Notes: generated by a model from the sequence alone, not told the origin. A stretch of 58,780 nt of DNA from Candidatus Zhuqueibacterota bacterium (GCA_042570605.1 JBHPGK010000002.1:1-58780), one strand, 5' to 3'; positions 34,088 through 42,873 are shown, counted from the first letter of the stretch. Numbers and translations: made by a program.

Positions 34088-36811
34088 TCACTTATAATAC
34101 CTGCTCAGTCCCGTTTTTTCCATCAGTTCAACAAATCTTGGGTCCGGCCTGACAGGATCGAAAAACGGTAATAGTAAAAATTCCGGAACAAATGAATACC
34201 ATTTATTTAATTCAATAAAAACGTCATTAATTTCACCTGCATAAAGATAAATGAATGCCATATTTGTTGGCTGATTTAAAAGAGGATGATTTATTTTTTT
34301 TGCCTCTTCAATATAATTGATAAAAAACTCCTGATAGGTCTCCTTGTTAAATTTACGCCCGGTAAACGTCTGATCATATATTTTATCAATGAATGGAACC
34401 CCCACGGCTTTTGCTGTCTGGACAGTTATATTTATACTCATCTTATATTGTCTCATCCGGTGAAATGTCAAAGCAGTAAAAATGAGACCGATAGCATAAT
34501 TTTCATCATCAGGAGGGATTTCATTAAATGATTGTAAAGATTTTTCATAGTCTTTTGAGATAAGATACGAAACGCCTAACCTTAATCTTGATATTCCATA
34601 GGATGGATCGCTTTTTTTTATTTTTCTAAACTGCTCGGCTGCTTTACTATTTTCGTTTCTACTCATAAAAATTAATCCTGACTCCATAATAAGGATGGGA
34701 TGGTCAACGTTGAGTTCCAAAGCAGTACTGACAGCTTCTCTCGCCTTATCAAAATTTCCTGCAACCCTGTGGTTTTTGGATAAACTCCAGTATGAAAATG
34801 CATATTCAGGATCGAGTTTTACTGCTCTTTCTGCCTGCCTGATTCCCTTATCATGCTCCTCCGCTGACGAATAGCACATCGCAAGTGCCCTGTTTACAAC
34901 TATTGATTGAGGATCAAGCTCTAATGCTTTTTCGCATTTTTCTACAGCTTCCTGAGGCTTACCTTCAATGAGATTCAGTACCTCCCCGTACCAGTGATAT
35001 GCCTGTGAATAATTCGGTTTGAGTGCTATAGCAATCTCAAAAGACCTTCTTCCTTCCTCAATCATTCCTTCAAAATATTGAATATATCCTAATGTTGAGT
35101 GTGCCTCTGCAAGAGAAGGATCGAGTTGAAGAGCTTTCTCTATTTCTTTTTTTACTTCCGAAAAATCTTGCAAAGGTAGAAATCCTGTTTCATAATACGG
35201 TTTCAGAATAATAGCATCTGCTTTGCCGGAATATGCCAATGCAAAATCAGGGTCGATCCGGATCGCTTGTTCAAAGTATTCTTTTGCCTTTCTGATATCC
35301 TCTACTGTTCGTTTCTCTAATAAATCTCTGCCTTTTTTGTAAAAATCCCATGCTGCCGGATTATCAGTATGCTTTTTTGTCATGCTGGTTTCCTGCTCAC
35401 CGGAAAATTGAATATTCAACGCCTCAATGATCTGCTTTGTAAGTGAAGTTTCCATATCCTGCAGTGACGTCCGCGGACTGGAATACCTCTCACCCCAGAT
35501 TATGCTGTTATCTCTACCGTTTTTCAGCTCAATATCCACAATAATGTTCTCTTCAATAAGATTCATAACACCCATTACAACTGCTTTCACATTTACCTCA
35601 TCTGCAACAGTTTCGGCATCAACGGTTTTACCTGTATATCTCTGCAGAGAAGAAGTCGAGATCACCTTCAGATCCGGAGAATGTGAAAGCCTGTTGCTTA
35701 TCCCCCTGGATATACCGCTGCTCAGGTAATCCAGAGCAGGATCACCTGTATTGTTCTCAAGAGCAAGAACCGCAATGGAATCTAAAGTCCCGCCTCCACC
35801 TGTAAAGGAAGGTAAAATCCATATGAAAAATGCGATAAACGCAATAACCGCAACTGCTGTACCGCTAACCAGAACCTTTTTACTGAAGGATTTATGAATA
35901 TCAACCGTTACGTGCGTTGACTTTGTTTTGGATTTCGTTTCCGTTTTCGGTTCAGGTTTACTTTGTACCGGCGATGTTGTAATATCCCTCCCCTCATACA
36001 AGGATTCAAGATAATCTATTACTTCACGAAATGTTCGAATTCTTTCATCCGGATTTTTCAGGAATACTTTTGCAAAAAAATTATCAACCTCATCCGGAAG
36101 ACCGGACACTATCGATGTTGCTGCATCAGGATCGGTATTTAAAATTGAATAAATTAAAGCCTGCTCATATTCACCCTTAAACGGTCTCCTGCCGCACAGC
36201 ATCTCAAATAATACTATCCCGAACGACCAGATATCCGTTCGATGATCAACCTTGTCTCCCTTAGCCTGTTCGGGCGACATATAAGCTGCCGTGCCGAGTG
36301 TTGAGCCGTCTTTTGTTATGACCGAACTCTCAGTTATCTTCGCAAGTCCGAAATCCATTATCTTCGCCTGCCCCGATTCGGTCAGCATAATGTTTGACGT
36401 CTTTATATCACGATGAACTACCCCGTTCTTATGTGCTTCATAGAGACCCTCGGCTACCTGTTTTGCAAATTTCATAGCTTCATCATACGTATATGGATCG
36501 GTCTCGATCTTTTTCTTTAATGTCTTGCCTTTTACGTATTCCATCACTATGAACAGGGAATCCTCTGCTTCCTCAACTGCATAGATCGTAGCTATATTAG
36601 GATGGTTCAGTGCTGCTGCTGCCTGTGCTTCGATCATGAACCGCTCACGTGCCGTTTCATCTGATGCGATCTGCGTCGGAAGAAATTTTATGGCAACGGA
36701 TCGTTTAAGCTTCGTATCCTCCGCTTTATATACGACACCCATTCCGCCTTCGCCTAATTTTTCTAATATCTTATAGTGACTGAAAGTTTCACCAATCATA
36801 GGCATTCTCAT
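34088..36811 (-). CDS. Ser/Thr protein kinase with one TM, a TolB-N-like periplasmic module and C-terminal TPR repeats
   Basis: GEGGMGVVYKA, AIK, HRDIKTSN, DFGLAK and GT..YMSPE Hanks motifs, one TM helix, SIAVLALENNTGDP... module, and multiple TPR-like repeats. Confidence 0.9.
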   Translation of the reverse strand: MRMPMIGETFSHYKILEKLGEGGMGVVYKAEDTKLKRSVAIKFLPTQIASDETARERFMIEAQAAAALNHPNIATIYAVEEAEDSLFIVMEYVKGKTLKKKIETDPYTYDEAMKFAKQVAEGLYEAHKNGVVHRDIKTSNIMLTESGQAKIMDFGLAKITESSVITKDGSTLGTAAYMSPEQAKGDKVDHRTDIWSFGIVLFEMLCGRRPFKGEYEQALIYSILNTDPDAATSIVSGLPDEVDNFFAKVFLKNPDERIRTFREVIDYLESLYEGRDITTSPVQSKPEPKTETKSKTKSTHVTVDIHKSFSKKVLVSGTAVAVIAFIAFFIWILPSFTGGGGTLDSIAVLALENNTGDPALDYLSSGISRGISNRLSHSPDLKVISTSSLQRYTGKTVDAETVADEVNVKAVVMGVMNLIEENIIVDIELKNGRDNSIIWGERYSSPRTSLQDMETSLTKQIIEALNIQFSGEQETSMTKKHTDNPAAWDFYKKGRDLLEKRTVEDIRKAKEYFEQAIRIDPDFALAYSGKADAIILKPYYETGFLPLQDFSEVKKEIEKALQLDPSLAEAHSTLGYIQYFEGMIEEGRRSFEIAIALKPNYSQAYHWYGEVLNLIEGKPQEAVEKCEKALELDPQSIVVNRALAMCYSSAEEHDKGIRQAERAVKLDPEYAFSYWSLSKNHRVAGNFDKAREAVSTALELNVDHPILIMESGLIFMSRNENSKAAEQFRKIKKSDPSYGISRLRLGVSYLISKDYEKSLQSFNEIPPDDENYAIGLIFTALTFHRMRQYKMSINITVQTAKAVGVPFIDKIYDQTFTGRKFNKETYQEFFINYIEEAKKINHPLLNQPTNMAFIYLYAGEINDVFIELNKWYSFVPEFLLLPFFDPVRPDPRFVELMEKTGLSRYYK

Positions 36812-36956
36812 TTATATGGTTAAAGGCTACGGCGTGACAGGTCCGCCTTCGCCTAATTTTTCTAATATCTTATAGTGACTGAAAGTTTCACCAATCATAG
36901 GCATTCTCATTTATATGGTTAAAGGCTACGGCGTGACAAATCCGCCTTCGCCTAAT
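36743..36956. repeat. 99-bp tandem duplication (2.16 copies) covering the kinase start codon, first 23 codons and 30 nt of leader
   Basis: Copy 1 is 36743-36841, copy 2 is 36842-36940 (they differ only at the last 2 nt), and a 16-nt third start tccgccttcgcctaat lies at 36941-36956. Confidence 0.95.
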
Positions 36957-37060
36957 GAAAACCGTTTATCGTAGGGGCTGGTTGCCCTTAAATTATATCA
37001 GCCTGCCCATATTTTATATTGTCTGATTTCTGGGCCTGCTTATTTACAGAATTCCTCAAA

Positions 37061-37086
37061 GGGCACCTACGGGGAGGTGCCCCTAC
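37061..37086 (-). repeat. GTAGGG-hairpin repeat unit
   Basis: On the minus strand it reads GTAG-GGGCACCT-ccccgt-AGGTGCCC, a perfect 8-bp stem. A related short unit gtaggggctggttgccc lies at 36971-36987. Confidence 0.7.
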
Positions 37087-37132
37087 AAATACATTTCTCT
37101 GCGTCGCAGCGGTTTTTTCTTATTTCTCTTCT

Positions 37133-37216
37133 CTCCTAACTCCTAACTCTTAACTCCTAATTCCTAACTCCTAATTCTTAACTCTTCATTCTTCATTCTT
37201 CATTCTTCATTCTCTT
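37133..37216. repeat. Heptanucleotide array (12 units: CTCCTAA-type then TTCTTCA-type) abutting or overlapping the amidohydrolase stop codon
   Basis: The units, in order, are ctcctaa x2, ctcttaa, ctcctaa, ttcctaa, ctcctaa, ttcttaa, ctcttca, ttcttca x3, ttctctt. The TGA stop (tca at 37207-37209) is the last 3 nt of a unit. Confidence 0.9.
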
Positions 37217-38907
37217 TGGTATACAACCTTCCCGCCAACAATTGTATAGTCCACTTTTGTTGACATTATTTCCTCATGAGGAATTGTCGTCAGGTCCTGA
37301 TTTAAAATAACCATATCGGCAAGATAACCATTTTTGAGCATACCCTTCCGGTCTTCCATAAATTCTGCATACGCTGAACTGAGAGTGTATAATTCTATCG
37401 CCTGCTCCATTGACAGTTTCTGTTCAGGGAACCAGCCGTTCCCCGGCTCTCCCATTCGGTCTTTTCTCGTAACGGCCGCATATAGTCCCTCCATCGGGTT
37501 GAGCGGTTCAACACCGTAGTCTGTCCCGAATGCAATTTTTGCATCTGTATCCAGCAGACTTCTCCAGGCATATGCTCCTTTACATCTTTCGCGACCCAAT
37601 CGTTTTTCCGCAAACCTTTTATCAGTGATGCAGTGTGTCGGCTGCATGGAGGCGATCACTCCAAGTTCGCCAAATCTTGGTATATCGCTTTCTATCAGTA
37701 TCTGGGCATGTTCACTGCGGTGTCTGTGATCACGCATGCCGTTGGTCTCTATTGCGGCTCTTACTGCATTAAGAGTATAAAAATTTCCCCTTGGACCTAT
37801 CGCATGTATTGCTGTCTGATACCCTCTCCTGTCGGCTTCAGTAATAATACGTTCAAGTTCTTCATAAGCCTGGTAAGGCAGCCCCGTCTTATCCGGCTCG
37901 TCCTCGAACGGCTTAAATACAAGCATGGTTGCTGAACCGAGAGTCCCGTCAATATGCCCCTTGAGAACACCGAACCTTATCCAGTTATCTTCAAGCGGAT
38001 ATTTTTTCTTTAGTTCGTCATACTTGTCCAGGTCCTCCTCAGTAAGACCATCAAGGGGCTGACCATTGTAAACCCTGAGTGTCAGCTTTCCCATATCCCT
38101 GAACTTCTGGTACATTTCAAAACTCCCGGGCATAGTTTGTATAGAAGTAACACCCAGCCTCTTTGCCATATCAAATGCGGTCTGCCATTCAAGAATACGG
38201 CGCTCTTCTTTTTCTTCATCAGTCATCTTTATTTCAACTGCACCGTATTTCAGCATCCGTGTTGCCAGTTCTTTGATTATTCCTGTAGGTTCACCCGTTG
38301 CAGGGTCTCTCTGTATCTCTCCGCCGTAGGGATCCGGGGTATTTTTTGTTATTCCGGATTTCCTGAGTACATAGCTGTTTACAAGTACAGAATGTCCGTC
38401 TGCACGGCTTAGAACCACAGGGTTATCGGGTGAAACGTTATCTATGAGCTCTTTTGTAGGCCACTGCCTGTTATTGAACATTTCATGCTCCCAGCGCCCT
38501 CCCCTGATCAACTGCCCCGGTTTTGCCTGAGCAACTTTTTCTTTTACACGCTCTGTAATTATATTGGGATCGGTAATATAACGCAGGTCAATATAATCAG
38601 GGTTTATTCCGCCGAAATGGATATGGGCATCATTAAATCCGGGGATAACAAGCCTTCCTTCTGCATCGATTACATTCGTTTTGCCCTCTTCTATGAATCC
38701 TTCGATATAACTGTCCGACCCTATACCGATAATGAATTCACCTTTAACAGCAACTGCTTCTGCTCTCAGATTTCTCTTATTGATCGTAAGTATCCTGGCA
38801 TTTTTGATAACAAGGTCAGCAGACGGACCGGTATATTTTTCTGCACAACCGGTGAAAAATAAGATTAAATAAGCAGATAAGATCAAAATTGTAATTTTTT
38901 TGTACAT
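37207..38907 (-). CDS. Amidohydrolase-family (YtcJ-like, Amidohydro_3) metal-dependent hydrolase, lipoprotein
   Basis: MYKKITILILSAYLILFFTGC lipobox after a GGGAGG RBS. PGFNDAHIH metal-binding start motif and C-terminal ...AFGTDYGVEP... block. The ORF-track N-terminal extension (38908-39006) is a translation of a GTAGGG repeat. Confidence 0.8.
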   Translation of the reverse strand: MYKKITILILSAYLILFFTGCAEKYTGPSADLVIKNARILTINKRNLRAEAVAVKGEFIIGIGSDSYIEGFIEEGKTNVIDAEGRLVIPGFNDAHIHFGGINPDYIDLRYITDPNIITERVKEKVAQAKPGQLIRGGRWEHEMFNNRQWPTKELIDNVSPDNPVVLSRADGHSVLVNSYVLRKSGITKNTPDPYGGEIQRDPATGEPTGIIKELATRMLKYGAVEIKMTDEEKEERRILEWQTAFDMAKRLGVTSIQTMPGSFEMYQKFRDMGKLTLRVYNGQPLDGLTEEDLDKYDELKKKYPLEDNWIRFGVLKGHIDGTLGSATMLVFKPFEDEPDKTGLPYQAYEELERIITEADRRGYQTAIHAIGPRGNFYTLNAVRAAIETNGMRDHRHRSEHAQILIESDIPRFGELGVIASMQPTHCITDKRFAEKRLGRERCKGAYAWRSLLDTDAKIAFGTDYGVEPLNPMEGLYAAVTRKDRMGEPGNGWFPEQKLSMEQAIELYTLSSAYAEFMEDRKGMLKNGYLADMVILNQDLTTIPHEEIMSTKVDYTIVGGKVVYQRE

Positions 38908-38941
38908 ATCCTGTATTCCTCCCTGGTGATATTTGGTTAAT

Positions 38942-39000
38942 GTAGGGCAAACCTTCAGGTTTGCATAGAAAATATCTGCAAGGCTAAAGCCTCGCCCTAC
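38942..39000. repeat. Composite GTAGGG element: two hairpins bracketed by GTAGGGC...GCCCTAC
   Basis: gtagggCAAACCttcaGGTTTGcatagaaaatatctgcaAGGCtaaaGCCTcgccctac. The outer 7-nt inverted repeat and both inner stems were verified by eye. Confidence 0.75.
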
Positions 39001-39027
39001 ATACAAATAGGCAATTATTTAGACCGA

Positions 39028-39321
39028 TTATGGCAGTTCCTTAATTATCCTTCTGTATTCATCTTCGGTATAGGCGCGCATTGTTTCTGAGCGGATATTC
39101 CCCATCGATACAATTTTCAATGCAATTTTTGCGGCAATATCATCAGTGGGAACTTCACTGATAACAACTGCGTCATACTGCCCCATCACCGAATAGAATT
39201 CCCTTATTTTCCCGCCCATTTCATCAAAGACTTTCTTTGCTTCCTCAAGCCCGTGAGGCGCATTTTTTATCCTCTCAACACCTTTTTGTGTGTAATTAAG
39301 TAGCGTTATGTATATCGGCAT
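39028..39321 (-). CDS. GYD domain protein
   Basis: 97 aa. MPIYITLLNYTQKG...MGQYDAVVI... matches the GYD family signature. A GGGGAGG RBS is present. Confidence 0.7.
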   Translation of the reverse strand: MPIYITLLNYTQKGVERIKNAPHGLEEAKKVFDEMGGKIREFYSVMGQYDAVVISEVPTDDIAAKIALKIVSMGNIRSETMRAYTEDEYRRIIKELP

Positions 39322-39399
39322 TTTTGCCTCCCCTTTAATGCTTCAATTTATAATAAAATCCAATCATGCATCGCTAATTGAATTTATTACATCCCGTTG

Positions 39400-39534
39400 G
39401 GGCGAAGCATTTTTTGACAAATTACAAGATACAAAGATACCATCTCTCTAAAAATGCTTCGCCCTTACATAATCATTTCACCACGTCTAATTATCTCTAT
39501 GGCTTTTTCGGACAGGACAATGTCCTGTCCCTAC
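39400..39534. repeat. Two GTAGGG/GTAAGGG-type hairpins
   Basis: A 14-bp stem gggcgaagcatttt (39400-39413) / aaaatgcttcgccc (39451-39464) is followed by ttac. Then ggacaggaca-a-tgtcctgtcc (39510-39530) is followed by ctac. Confidence 0.75.
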
Positions 39535-39585
39535 ATTAATTCTCTGCGTTTTTTGCGCCTCCGCGGTTTCTTTTCTCCTTCTTTC

Positions 39586-39620
39586 CCATTATTAATTCTT
39601 AATTATTAATTGTTAATACT
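39586..39620. repeat. Heptanucleotide array (TAATTNT type, about 5 units)
   Basis: ccattat taattct taattat taattgt taatact. It is preceded by ttctctgcgttttttgcgcctccgcggtttc, a block also present upstream of the 37133 array. Confidence 0.75.
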
Positions 39621-39675
39621 GTTTCGCCTATCATAAATTCCCCTATTAAATGGAACGCGGATGGCAATTTAACTG

Positions 39676-39724
39676 ATTTTCACGGATTTATGATTTTATC
39701 TGTGTTTATCCGTGTTATCCGTGT
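39676..39724. repeat. Short tandem/inverted ATCCGTG repeats
   Basis: gattttcacggat, then tatctgtgt, tatccgtgt, tatccgtgt (39697-39724), just downstream of the lipoprotein gene stop. Confidence 0.6.
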
Positions 39725-39747
39725 TCTATTCGGCCCTTTCCAGTGTT

Positions 39748-40161
39748 TTAAAAATCATATTCCAGTTTCAATGTCTCGCCTATTTCTACGACTTTTTGTA
39801 CCGAATCTTCCGCCATAACTGTATTCAGCTTTTTTATTGTTACTTTTTCCACTCTGATAGCATCTATTTCAGGAATGGACTGGTCCTCATATGTAAAATT
39901 TGCCTTGCCGTAACTGTTGGTCGTTTCCTGGTCTGTCTGCGAAATTTCATATGCGATCATACCTACAGCCCTGACCCTAACAGGCTCGGTTACAGTGGCA
40001 TCTATGATGACGAAAATATTTTGAGCAGGCACCCCGTTCTCCCTGACCAGCACCTCAACTTTTATTATATCTTCCTCAGGTTCGGAACTTGTGCTGTCCT
40101 TTTTGCAGAAAGCAAAAATTAAAGTAGAAACTAATATAATAAAAATAGCAGTTTTTTTCAT
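39748..40161 (-). CDS. Small lipoprotein, function unknown
   Basis: MKKTAIFIILVSTLIFAFC lipobox after a GGGAG RBS. 137 aa, beta-rich, no known motif. Confidence 0.6.
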   Translation of the reverse strand: MKKTAIFIILVSTLIFAFCKKDSTSSEPEEDIIKVEVLVRENGVPAQNIFVIIDATVTEPVRVRAVGMIAYEISQTDQETTNSYGKANFTYEDQSIPEIDAIRVEKVTIKKLNTVMAEDSVQKVVEIGETLKLEYDF

Positions 40162-40249
40162 TTTTTGCTCCCGAATTAAGTATTTTAGATTTCTATAAGG
40201 GTATATCCTCCTACTCAACTCTCAACTTTTTCCAGCTTAGCGGGGCGGG

Positions 40250-40305
40250 TAACTATTAATTATTAACTATTAATTATTAATTGTTAATTATTAACTATTA
40301 ATTCA
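40250..40305. repeat. Heptanucleotide array (8 units, TAACTAT/TAATTAT) whose last unit contains the STAS gene stop codon
   Basis: taactat taattat taactat taattat taattgt taattat taactat taattca. The tca at 40303-40305 is the TGA stop on the minus strand. Confidence 0.9.
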
Positions 40306-40638
40306 AAAGTTAGCCACCGCCCTGTCGGCTGTTTCATAGGTTTCGAAAAATGAAATTAGCTGCGTTATCATCAGCAGGCTTTTTATTTTCTCTCCGACAC
40401 CTGCCAGCCTGACAAATCCGCCCTCTTTAATAAGAGACGAGTAACTCGCCATCAGCATTCCGATACCCTGGCTGTTGATCCATTTTACCTTGGAAAGGTC
40501 TATAACGACTTTTTTAACATCATCTGCAATAAGTCTTTTAATGTGTTCATGTATCTCCAGAGTTTCTTTCCCGCCCATTAGGTCACCGCTTATATAAAGC
40601 ACTGCAACATCTTTAACTATTTTTTCTTTCAATCCCAT
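40303..40638 (-). CDS. STAS-domain anti-sigma-factor antagonist (SpoIIAA/RsbV-like)
   Basis: 111 aa. ...DLSKVKWINSQGIGML... carries the conserved phosphorylatable Ser context. An AAGGAG RBS is present. Confidence 0.8.
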   Translation of the reverse strand: MGLKEKIVKDVAVLYISGDLMGGKETLEIHEHIKRLIADDVKKVVIDLSKVKWINSQGIGMLMASYSSLIKEGGFVRLAGVGEKIKSLLMITQLISFFETYETADRAVANF

Positions 40639-41098
40639 ACTTTTCTCCTTTTATATTAATGTAAATCCTTGATATACCTGAAAATAATTTTATTTTATTT
40701 TTTATTTTAGTGATGAGATATTATCACCTTAACCTCTTTTTTTCAATACAACATATAAGATAAACGACTTGTCTGAATTTGACATTCCTTTACATCATAA
40801 TATTTATGAATTTTTAAAACAGAAAATAACATATTTCCAGAGGATGAGAATCTTATTAAGACCGAAATATATTTTAAACAGAAAATAATGATTTATTACC
40901 CTGATGTCAAGATGTTTATAATGCTTTGTCGAGCCGAATTTTACTGTTTCATACAATCCGTTATTCAGTGTGCAAAAAAATATAAGGAACCGGTATTCTT
41001 ACTTAAATTACTTAATGAAATAAAATTATCAGGAAAAATAAGTTGAATAGAACAAAGTTCTTTCGTAAATTTCCGGTTGTATCATCTAATTTTATATT

Positions 41099-42076
41099 AT
41101 GACTAAATTACATAAAGGCATAATTTCCATCGCCGGGGGAAAAGGCGGAACAGGTAAATCATTCCTGACTGCAAACCTCGGAGCAGCTTTAGCATTATTA
41201 GGTAATAAAGTTATTATCATAGATACTGATTTCGGCTGTCCAAATCTAAACCAGTTTACTTCTGTAAGAAAACCGCAGGTTTCCCTTACAAACTTTTTTT
41301 TAAGTGAAAATTATTACCTTCCGGATTTGGTTGTCGATACCAGTATTGATAATCTGAAAATAATCCCGTGCGGTTCAAAAGCATATGGTATTGCAAATTT
41401 ACCTTATGGAAAAAAGCGCAGTCTGTTAGACAAGATCCGGCACCTTGAAGCAGACTATATTTTGATAGATATAGGAGCCGGCTCAAATTTTAATACCATT
41501 GATTTTTTTAATTTGTCAGATGAAGGGATCCTCGTTTCATCTCCAAATTCTATCAGCAGGACAAATTCAATGATATTTCTGAAAACAGCCCTATATAGGA
41601 AAATTATCCAGACAATAAGACAGAACAAAGAAGTATGGGCTGAGATCACAAAATATATTAAAGAAAAAAAAAGGGAAGCATTCGATATTAATGCTGTATT
41701 AACCTGGGTAGTCCTGAACAGCAAACCGATGGTAGTAGAGCTTCATAAACTACTTAATCACTATAAACCCAGATTTATGTTCAACAATGTGCAAGACCAG
41801 GACGTAAAAACAATTGCACATACAATTATTAGACTAACCAAGCAACATCTTCAAATTGATCTTGGCTACATTGGGGCAGTCCGCCACGATCATATTATTG
41901 AAAATTCCGATGATGTTCCCGAGATATTTCTTCTTCAGCATCCGAATTCAAAAGGAGCTGAAGACATCTTTAGGGTTGCCACAAGAGCCATTGATCACCA
42001 TCATACCTCATATAAAGAATTCGTTAATATTATTAATAATATCACCCAGAATACCGATTTGGAAAACACAGACTGA
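41099..42076 (+). CDS. MinD/ParA-superfamily P-loop ATPase with a C-terminal extension
   Basis: Deviant Walker A IAGGKGGTGKS, a IIIDTD Walker A' / switch I-like block and a LIDIGAG Walker B-like block. There is no adjacent minC/E, parB or flagellar genes. Confidence 0.7.
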   Translation: MTKLHKGIISIAGGKGGTGKSFLTANLGAALALLGNKVIIIDTDFGCPNLNQFTSVRKPQVSLTNFFLSENYYLPDLVVDTSIDNLKIIPCGSKAYGIANLPYGKKRSLLDKIRHLEADYILIDIGAGSNFNTIDFFNLSDEGILVSSPNSISRTNSMIFLKTALYRKIIQTIRQNKEVWAEITKYIKEKKREAFDINAVLTWVVLNSKPMVVELHKLLNHYKPRFMFNNVQDQDVKTIAHTIIRLTKQHLQIDLGYIGAVRHDHIIENSDDVPEIFLLQHPNSKGAEDIFRVATRAIDHHHTSYKEFVNIINNITQNTDLENTD

Positions 42077-42208
42077 CCTACCCTGTTTTAGAACAATTAG
42101 CATATATTACAGGTTTTAACAAACCAAATGTAAAGGTTGAAACTTTCCTTGGATATAGACGTAAAATTATATAAATTTAATGGGCGACCGCCCGGTCAAG
42201 TTTGGCTT

Positions 42209-42232
42209 TTAGAACAAATTGATTTGAACTAA
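42209..42232. promoter_or_regulatory. Candidate TetR operator: 24-bp imperfect palindrome TTAGAACAAATTGATTTGAACTAA
   Basis: Half-sites match 9/11. It lies about 40 nt upstream of the tetR ATG. The TTTTAGAACAA half-site also occurs at 42086-42096. Confidence 0.4.
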
Positions 42233-42273
42233 TTAAAAATTTTCGAAACCCATATTTGCATAAAGGTGTTATC

Positions 42274-42873
42274 ATGTCAAAGCTTATTAGCAAAGAAGCA
42301 AAACGCCAGGAAGTTATGGACGCTGCTCTTTCACTCTTTCTTGAAAAGGGTTTTAAATCGGTTACAACACGGGAAATAACCGAAAAGGCGGGCATCTCAA
42401 AAGGCAGCCTTTACGATTACTTCGAAAATAAAGATGATCTGTTTTACCAGACTATTCATGAGGGCATGTCAAAAAAATTAGTACATAAAACCGTAATGGA
42501 CGTAAATTTGAGTTCCGAGGAAAAATTTATGAAACTCTCGGAAATACCGTTAAAGTCTCCGGAGATAAGAAAACAGCGGCTTTTTTTGATGTTCGATTTC
42601 TATATGAACTGCCAGGACAATCAAAAAATAAACGAGATCATAGGTAACATTTATAATGTAGCGCATTCATATGTTAACAGAACTATCACCGGAGCATTTC
42701 CGGAATTGAAGGAAGATGAAGAAAAAGCAGTATTGTACGCAAATATATTTATCGCCTTTATGGACGGCGTTGTGCTGCAGCATCTGTTTGATCCCGAAAG
42801 AGCAAAATCTACTGAAACAGTGGAACTTTTCTGGGAAATAATGTTTGATAAACTTAAATCGCTGTCAAAATAA
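42274..42873 (+). CDS. TetR/AcrR-family transcriptional regulator
   Basis: The N-terminal HTH (F.EKGF...T.REI...AGISKGSLY.YF..K..L) is the canonical TetR_N signature. It is the first gene of the efflux operon. Confidence 0.85.
   Translation: MSKLISKEAKRQEVMDAALSLFLEKGFKSVTTREITEKAGISKGSLYDYFENKDDLFYQTIHEGMSKKLVHKTVMDVNLSSEEKFMKLSEIPLKSPEIRKQRLFLMFDFYMNCQDNQKINEIIGNIYNVAHSYVNRTITGAFPELKEDEEKAVLYANIFIAFMDGVVLQHLFDPERAKSTETVELFWEIMFDKLKSLSK

Noticed and set aside
38908-39006. N-terminal extension of the amidohydrolase ORF (MYVGRGFSLADIFYANLKVCPT…)
   Set aside because: This stretch is the translation of the GTAGGG hairpin element. A GGGAGG RBS and a lipoprotein signal peptide begin at the internal ATG at 38907.
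40639-41098. 460-bp AT-rich spacer with a twice-occurring TTTTAAA(A)CAGAAAATAA motif (about 40812 and about 40873), as a possible ncRNA or mobile-element remnant
   Set aside because: There are only two short, imperfect copies and no stable secondary structure or terminator that I could fold by eye. This is most simply a divergent promoter region for the STAS and MinD-like genes.
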